Below are positions 28,209 to 32,182 of a stretch of DNA of 32,182 nt, piece by piece. How positions within the stretch are numbered: position 1 is the stretch's first letter; each line of letters begins with the position of its first letter. Under the pieces are notes generated by a model. The model was not told the DNA's origin. It saw only the letters and a list, made by a program, of their open reading frames with translations, and did no database searches. The stretch covers positions 1 through 32,182 of the forward strand of contig JBNKCR010000093.1 in NCBI GenBank assembly GCA_050287845.1. Direction: 5' to 3'. This DNA comes from Polyangia bacterium. GTDB lineage: Bacteria; Myxococcota_A; Polyangia; JAAYKL01. The position numbers and the translations under genes are program-made.

Positions 28209-28742
28209 ATGAAATACATCGCGTTACTCAGAGGAATCAACGTGGGCGGGAACCGGAAAGTTGACATGAAACGACTCAGAGCGCTTCTGGAATCGTTGAA
28301 CTGCCACAATGTATCGACCTATCTCAATTCCGGAAATGCAATCTTTGAATCTCAAAGAAAACAGACCGAGTTGCAGAACAATATAGAAAAAGATCTGCAG
28401 AATGAATTCCAGTTTGAGATTCCGACAATCATAAAAACGGAAAAAGAAATTCGGAAAATTGCGAATGTCATCCCGGAAAACTGGCAGAATGACGCAGCGC
28501 AGAAAACCGATGTGGCGTATCTGTTTCCCGAAATTGACAGAATAGAAACCATTGATGAACTCCCGATAAAAAAGGAATTTGCAGACATCCGATATGTACC
28601 CGGCGCCATCATCTGGCATATGGAGCGAGGAAATGTCAACAGAAGCCATCTGACCAAAGTCATCAGTCACAGGTATTACAGGCTGATGACAGTGAGAAAT
28701 GTGAATACCGCCCGATATCTGGCAGGAATGACAGTGCAATGA
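28209..28742 (+). CDS. DUF1697 family protein
   Basis: MKYIALLRGINVGG, VSTYLNSGNAIF, TVRNVNT. Confidence 0.93.
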   Translation: MKYIALLRGINVGGNRKVDMKRLRALLESLNCHNVSTYLNSGNAIFESQRKQTELQNNIEKDLQNEFQFEIPTIIKTEKEIRKIANVIPENWQNDAAQKTDVAYLFPEIDRIETIDELPIKKEFADIRYVPGAIIWHMERGNVNRSHLTKVISHRYYRLMTVRNVNTARYLAGMTVQ

Positions 28743-28801
28743 CCCCAGTGCAATGACCCAGTGCAATGACTTTCAGCGTTATCTGTGGGGTTATCTGTGG
28801 G
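28732..28801. repeat. Short tandem repeats CAGTGCAATGAC x3 and GTTATCTGTGGG x2
   Basis: Seen directly, starting at the DUF1697 stop codon. Confidence 0.85.
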
Positions 28802-28835
28802 AGCCGGAATTAAATTTTTCCATGTGGTGGATCAT

Positions 28836-28857
28836 TGCTGACATAATGCTGTCAGCA
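28836..28857. promoter_or_regulatory. Palindrome TGCTGACA-N6-TGTCAGCA, probable YafY/WYL regulator site
   Basis: Perfect 8-bp arms about 90 nt upstream of the VOC-YafY pair. Confidence 0.75.
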
Positions 28858-28949
28858 GGCACTGATTATGCTGTCCGGTATAAACAGTGCAGCAGCACCA
28901 TTGGCGAAAACAATGCTGTGTATGCTGCCCATATACCAGGGAGTATGTC

Positions 28950-29351
28950 ATGAAAATTAACCACAATGTACCATTGGTCTGCACAACCGAACCCGCACTT
29001 GCAAAGGCCTATTACGAAAAACATTTTGGATTCAGAACCATTTTTGATGCCGGCAGTTTTGTCGGGTTACGCTCTGCGGATGGGGCGGTTGAAATATCCT
29101 TTATAAAACCGGGCGAAGAAGAGATGATGACGCCGTACGACAATAAAAGTCTGGTGTTTTGTTTTGAGGTGGACGATGTGGACGCCACCCACAAGGCTCT
29201 GTGCAACAGCGGACTTACTTTTGTGCAGCCGCCGACCGATAATCCGTGGGGCGATCGAAGTGCAATTACCGTGGATCCGCTGGGGATTCAGGTGTATGTC
29301 TATTCAGTGATTCCTATGTCAGATAAATTTAAAGCTTTCGTAAAAGAATAA
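28950..29351 (+). CDS. VOC/glyoxalase family protein
   Basis: GGGAG RBS before ATG 28950. YYEKHFGF, FEVDDVDA, PWGDRS, DPLG. Confidence 0.92.
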   Translation: MKINHNVPLVCTTEPALAKAYYEKHFGFRTIFDAGSFVGLRSADGAVEISFIKPGEEEMMTPYDNKSLVFCFEVDDVDATHKALCNSGLTFVQPPTDNPWGDRSAITVDPLGIQVYVYSVIPMSDKFKAFVKE

Positions 29352-29370
29352 TCCCCCAATAAAGGGACCC

Positions 29371-30069
29371 ATGCGACGCGCCGACCGACTATTTCAAATC
29401 ATCCAGATTATTCGCAGCAACAGACTGACCACTGCGAAACAGCTCGCTGAACAGCTTGAAGTGTCGATACGCACCGTTTACAGAGACATTAACGATCTGA
29501 TTGTTTCTGGCGTTCCCATATACGGCGAGGCAGGGGTGGGCTATACACTCAAAAAAGGATACGACTTGCCACCGCTCATGTTTTCTGAAGACGAGATCGC
29601 AGCCATTACGCTTGGCGCGCGAATTGTGGGCAGCTGGACCGATGACTCATTGTCCCTTTCGGCCAGGGCGGCCTTACAGAAAATAGAACAGGTTCTCCCC
29701 GGGCATTTGAAGGCGCAAATCAATGAGACACCATTGTTTGCGGTAAACTTTGACACCACAGAAAAGATATTTGCATATCTCAAGCAGTTACGTCAGGCGA
29801 TCGCCAGGCGCAACAAGCTGGTGCTCGTATATGTTGATAAAACAAATGCCGTCACGACCCGTCTGGTACGCCCACTCGGTCTGACTGTTTTTGGATCATT
29901 GTGGTCACTGAACGCCTGGTGCGAGCGACGCCGCGATTTCAGAAATTTTCGTCTCGACAGAATTTGCGAGCTATCTGTCAGTGCCGAGCATTTCAGCGAT
30001 GAACCGGGAAAGACGGTCGAAGATTTACTCGACAGAGTTCGAAACGAAACGCCTTTTTCGGGACATTAA
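29371..30069 (+). CDS. YafY-family HTH-WYL transcriptional regulator
   Basis: MRRADRLFQIIQ, LEVSIRTVYRDI, GEAGVGY, LPPLMF, AWCERRRDFRNFRLDRI. Confidence 0.95.
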   Translation: MRRADRLFQIIQIIRSNRLTTAKQLAEQLEVSIRTVYRDINDLIVSGVPIYGEAGVGYTLKKGYDLPPLMFSEDEIAAITLGARIVGSWTDDSLSLSARAALQKIEQVLPGHLKAQINETPLFAVNFDTTEKIFAYLKQLRQAIARRNKLVLVYVDKTNAVTTRLVRPLGLTVFGSLWSLNAWCERRRDFRNFRLDRICELSVSAEHFSDEPGKTVEDLLDRVRNETPFSGH

Positions 30070-30242
30070 GACATCTGTGTCTGCACCCGTTTTGGAAGAT
30101 GATGACGGTTTTAACATCTTAATTTATTTACCGTTAATTCATGGCAAACGGTCTGGCAGTGATCGCCATATGCAAATTCCGTGAATTGGTTGATGCATAG
30201 TCAGAGTACCATGGTCGTTCGGTTTCCTCGTAATGAATCCGG

Positions 30243-31487
30243 TCAGTTTTCAACGAAGCAGTAGATAGCGCCGTAACCGCCGCCGCTGCCGACTGTACCC
30301 GACTCGCCTCCCCCCATGGTTGCATCGATGCCGGCGGCACATCCACGACTGTTGCCGTGACCGTTTATCCAGTTTACCGCGCTGATGTGGTCTCCCGAAC
30401 CTCGAGGCCACAGGTGTCCCAGCATGGCAGAGTCGGCTGTCGTACTGGTCCAGTCGTCGCATGACGTTCCTGAAAAGCGTCCATCCGCGTTCGATCCGGT
30501 GAGCACATCGTGATCATCATCTGCCCGGCCGTTGCCGTCCGCGTCCAATGTTGCCCCGTCGTGCATCCGACCTACCTCGTCAATCATGTACGTTTCGTGA
30601 TTTCCACCCGCCGGTCGCTCGTTGTTGGCGAGCCCAGAGACATCATTGGCAACTAAGGCGCCGCGGTAGTCGTACCATGGACCGTTGCCGATCCGGTCGA
30701 TGGCATCCGTCGAGTTTGTGCTGAGGAACGCACGCCAGTTGCGGTTGCCATAGCAGACCCTGCTCGCCACTGTCTTACAAATCTGATCCGCCCCGGAGAG
30801 CCCGCCCAGATCACCACCGAAACCATTGATGTTGCCGGATGCTTCCACCATTCCCTCCCAACTTGTGACGAAAAAGCTGAATTGAGGGGAGATATCACCA
30901 GGGGGGACACATCCCGGATCCAAATCACTATCCGCATCTGAATCTGCGTCCGTATCGGTATCCGTGTCAGTATCCGTGTCCGTGTCCGTGTCAGTATCCG
31001 TGTCCGTGTCGGTATCGGTATCCGTGTCCGTGTCGGTATCGGTATCCGTGTCCGTGTCCGTGTCGGTATCCGTGTCCCCATCCGTTGCGCCGCTATTGCA
31101 ACAGATCTGTCGTGAATTTTCGCACTGATAATCACTTGCCTCAATCCCGTCGCATCCTTCCCAGGCGGAGACACATTCAAACGGACATATCGTATCACCA
31201 TCTATACCTGTATCGCTGTCCGTGTCCGTATCAGTGTCCGTATCAGCGTCCGTGTCCGTGTCCGTGTCCGTATCGGTATCCGTGTCTGTATCGGTATCCG
31301 TGTCTGTATCGGTATCCGTGTCGGTGTCCGTGTCTGTGTCTGTATCGGTATCCGTGTCGGTGTCCGTGTCTGTATCCCCGAGATGTTCTGTATCTCCGGA
31401 AGACGACTCTTTGTCATCGCCACATCCAACTGCACCAAGGACGGACAGTACACACAGCATCACAATTGATTTCAACAGGTGTGTCAT
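30243..31487 (-). CDS. Lipoprotein with two DT-repeat tracts and a C-terminal endostatin/C-type-lectin-like domain
   Basis: Lipobox AVGC, FSFFVTS, LGGLSGADQIC, WRAFLS, DRIGNGPWY, HDVLTGS, CDDWTS, IYCF. Confidence 0.85.
   Translation of the reverse strand: MTHLLKSIVMLCVLSVLGAVGCGDDKESSSGDTEHLGDTDTDTDTDTDTDTDTDTDTDTDTDTDTDTDTDTDTDTDTDTDADTDTDTDTDSDTGIDGDTICPFECVSAWEGCDGIEASDYQCENSRQICCNSGATDGDTDTDTDTDTDTDTDTDTDTDTDTDTDTDTDTDTDTDTDTDTDADSDADSDLDPGCVPPGDISPQFSFFVTSWEGMVEASGNINGFGGDLGGLSGADQICKTVASRVCYGNRNWRAFLSTNSTDAIDRIGNGPWYDYRGALVANDVSGLANNERPAGGNHETYMIDEVGRMHDGATLDADGNGRADDDHDVLTGSNADGRFSGTSCDDWTSTTADSAMLGHLWPRGSGDHISAVNWINGHGNSRGCAAGIDATMGGGESGTVGSGGGYGAIYCFVEN
30923..31376 (-). repeat. Two DT dipeptide tracts (about 31210-31376 and 30923-31083) around a small Cys-rich module
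   Basis: Seen directly. Confidence 0.95.
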
Positions 31488-31679
31488 ATTTCCAGTTCTC
31501 CTTCTGTTCGAAGCACGCGACTTTGAATATTAACACGTTTCAACGTTGTTTTTTTTTTTAATTCGCATTGTTTGACCATCCCAGACCATATGAAAGCGTG
31601 TCTTTCCCCCTGGGGGAAACGAAACGCAGAAAAAAAACGCAAGTGATTTATCCCACTGACCAACTGACTTCCGGGGGAA

Positions 31680-31958
31680 ATGAGGAAACCCTGCCTGCAA
31701 TGTAGTCAAGATGCCATTGCCATGCACCCTCGCCTCCAGAAACACATTGTGCCTGAGAACACCATCGCACGGACGCTGATGATGTCGGTGGAAAACGGCA
31801 CCCTTCAGAATCTGCTCATCGACAAACACGCCTCAATGGGCAGCGCCGCCATCGCGGCATTCATTGGCGCCATATTAAAACTGCCCCCGGCAAAACAACT
31901 GCTTGCCCAAAGGTCCATCAAATCAAAGTTTGTTCAGTTTCTGGCTTCAAAAGCCTAG
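31680..31958 (+). pseudogene. Probable C-terminal fragment of a 4Fe-4S dicluster protein
   Basis: CxxCxxDAIxM followed by PENT..R..MM..E.G.LQNLL.D and GAILKLPPAK..LA...KSKF, which I recognise as the tail of that family. No N-terminal part lies upstream. Confidence 0.55.
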
Positions 31959-32003
31959 GCTTTGTCTCAAAAGGGTAATTGAACCTTTCGATCTTTTGTT
32001 TTT

Positions 32004-32070
32004 GCCCCAGAGGGGCCCAGGCATAATAGCCCCGGGTATCCAGAGAAGAAGCCCTGAAAGGGCGTTACAT
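32004..32070. repeat. REP-like unit GCCCCAGAGGGGC...ATAATAGCCCCGGG...GCCCTGAAAGGGC
   Basis: Two short hairpins of the GCCCTGAAAGGGC class, a type often found next to Y1 transposases. Confidence 0.65.
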
Positions 32071-32182
32071 TGAGAGCCAGATCACATGCATTGCCTTTTT
32101 GATGACCCATCTGAGCCCATGGATCATGCATTGGGACGTTCGCGTGGGGGATACTCTACGAAATTGCATATCCTGTGTGATG

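Overview
An accessory, mosaic-GC region from what looks like a Myxococcota/deltaproteobacterial genome (inferred from the myxobacterial Cys-rich repeats, fibro-slime protein, MYXO-CTERM-like tail and zf-HC2 anti-sigma modules). From left to right it holds: a 5'-truncated thermonuclease; an operon of exported caspase-like (C14) protease, ECF sigma and zinc anti-sigma; an FGE-domain lipoprotein; a small secreted Cys-rich peptide with a defensin/scorpion-toxin (CS-alpha-beta) cysteine pattern; an S1 protease; an esterase lipoprotein; an internally deleted RAYT transposase; a cluster of surface-anchored glycan enzymes (GH2, GH27, two GH5, SGNH, CE4) on Asp-Thr/Asp-Ser repeat stalks; a second ECF sigma/FecR-TPR/outer-membrane operon; DUF1697, VOC and YafY(WYL) genes; a lectin-like lipoprotein; and a ferredoxin fragment. 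The three strongest leads are: (1) one cassette (candidate promoter + RBS + lipoprotein signal + acidic stalk) copied three times and fused to three different catalytic payloads, with two copies forming inverted repeats around the ECF operon; (2) the toxin-like peptide; (3) the caspase-ECF-anti-sigma module. All family calls come from motif recognition by eye; no searches were run. No rRNA, tRNA or CRISPR array was seen.
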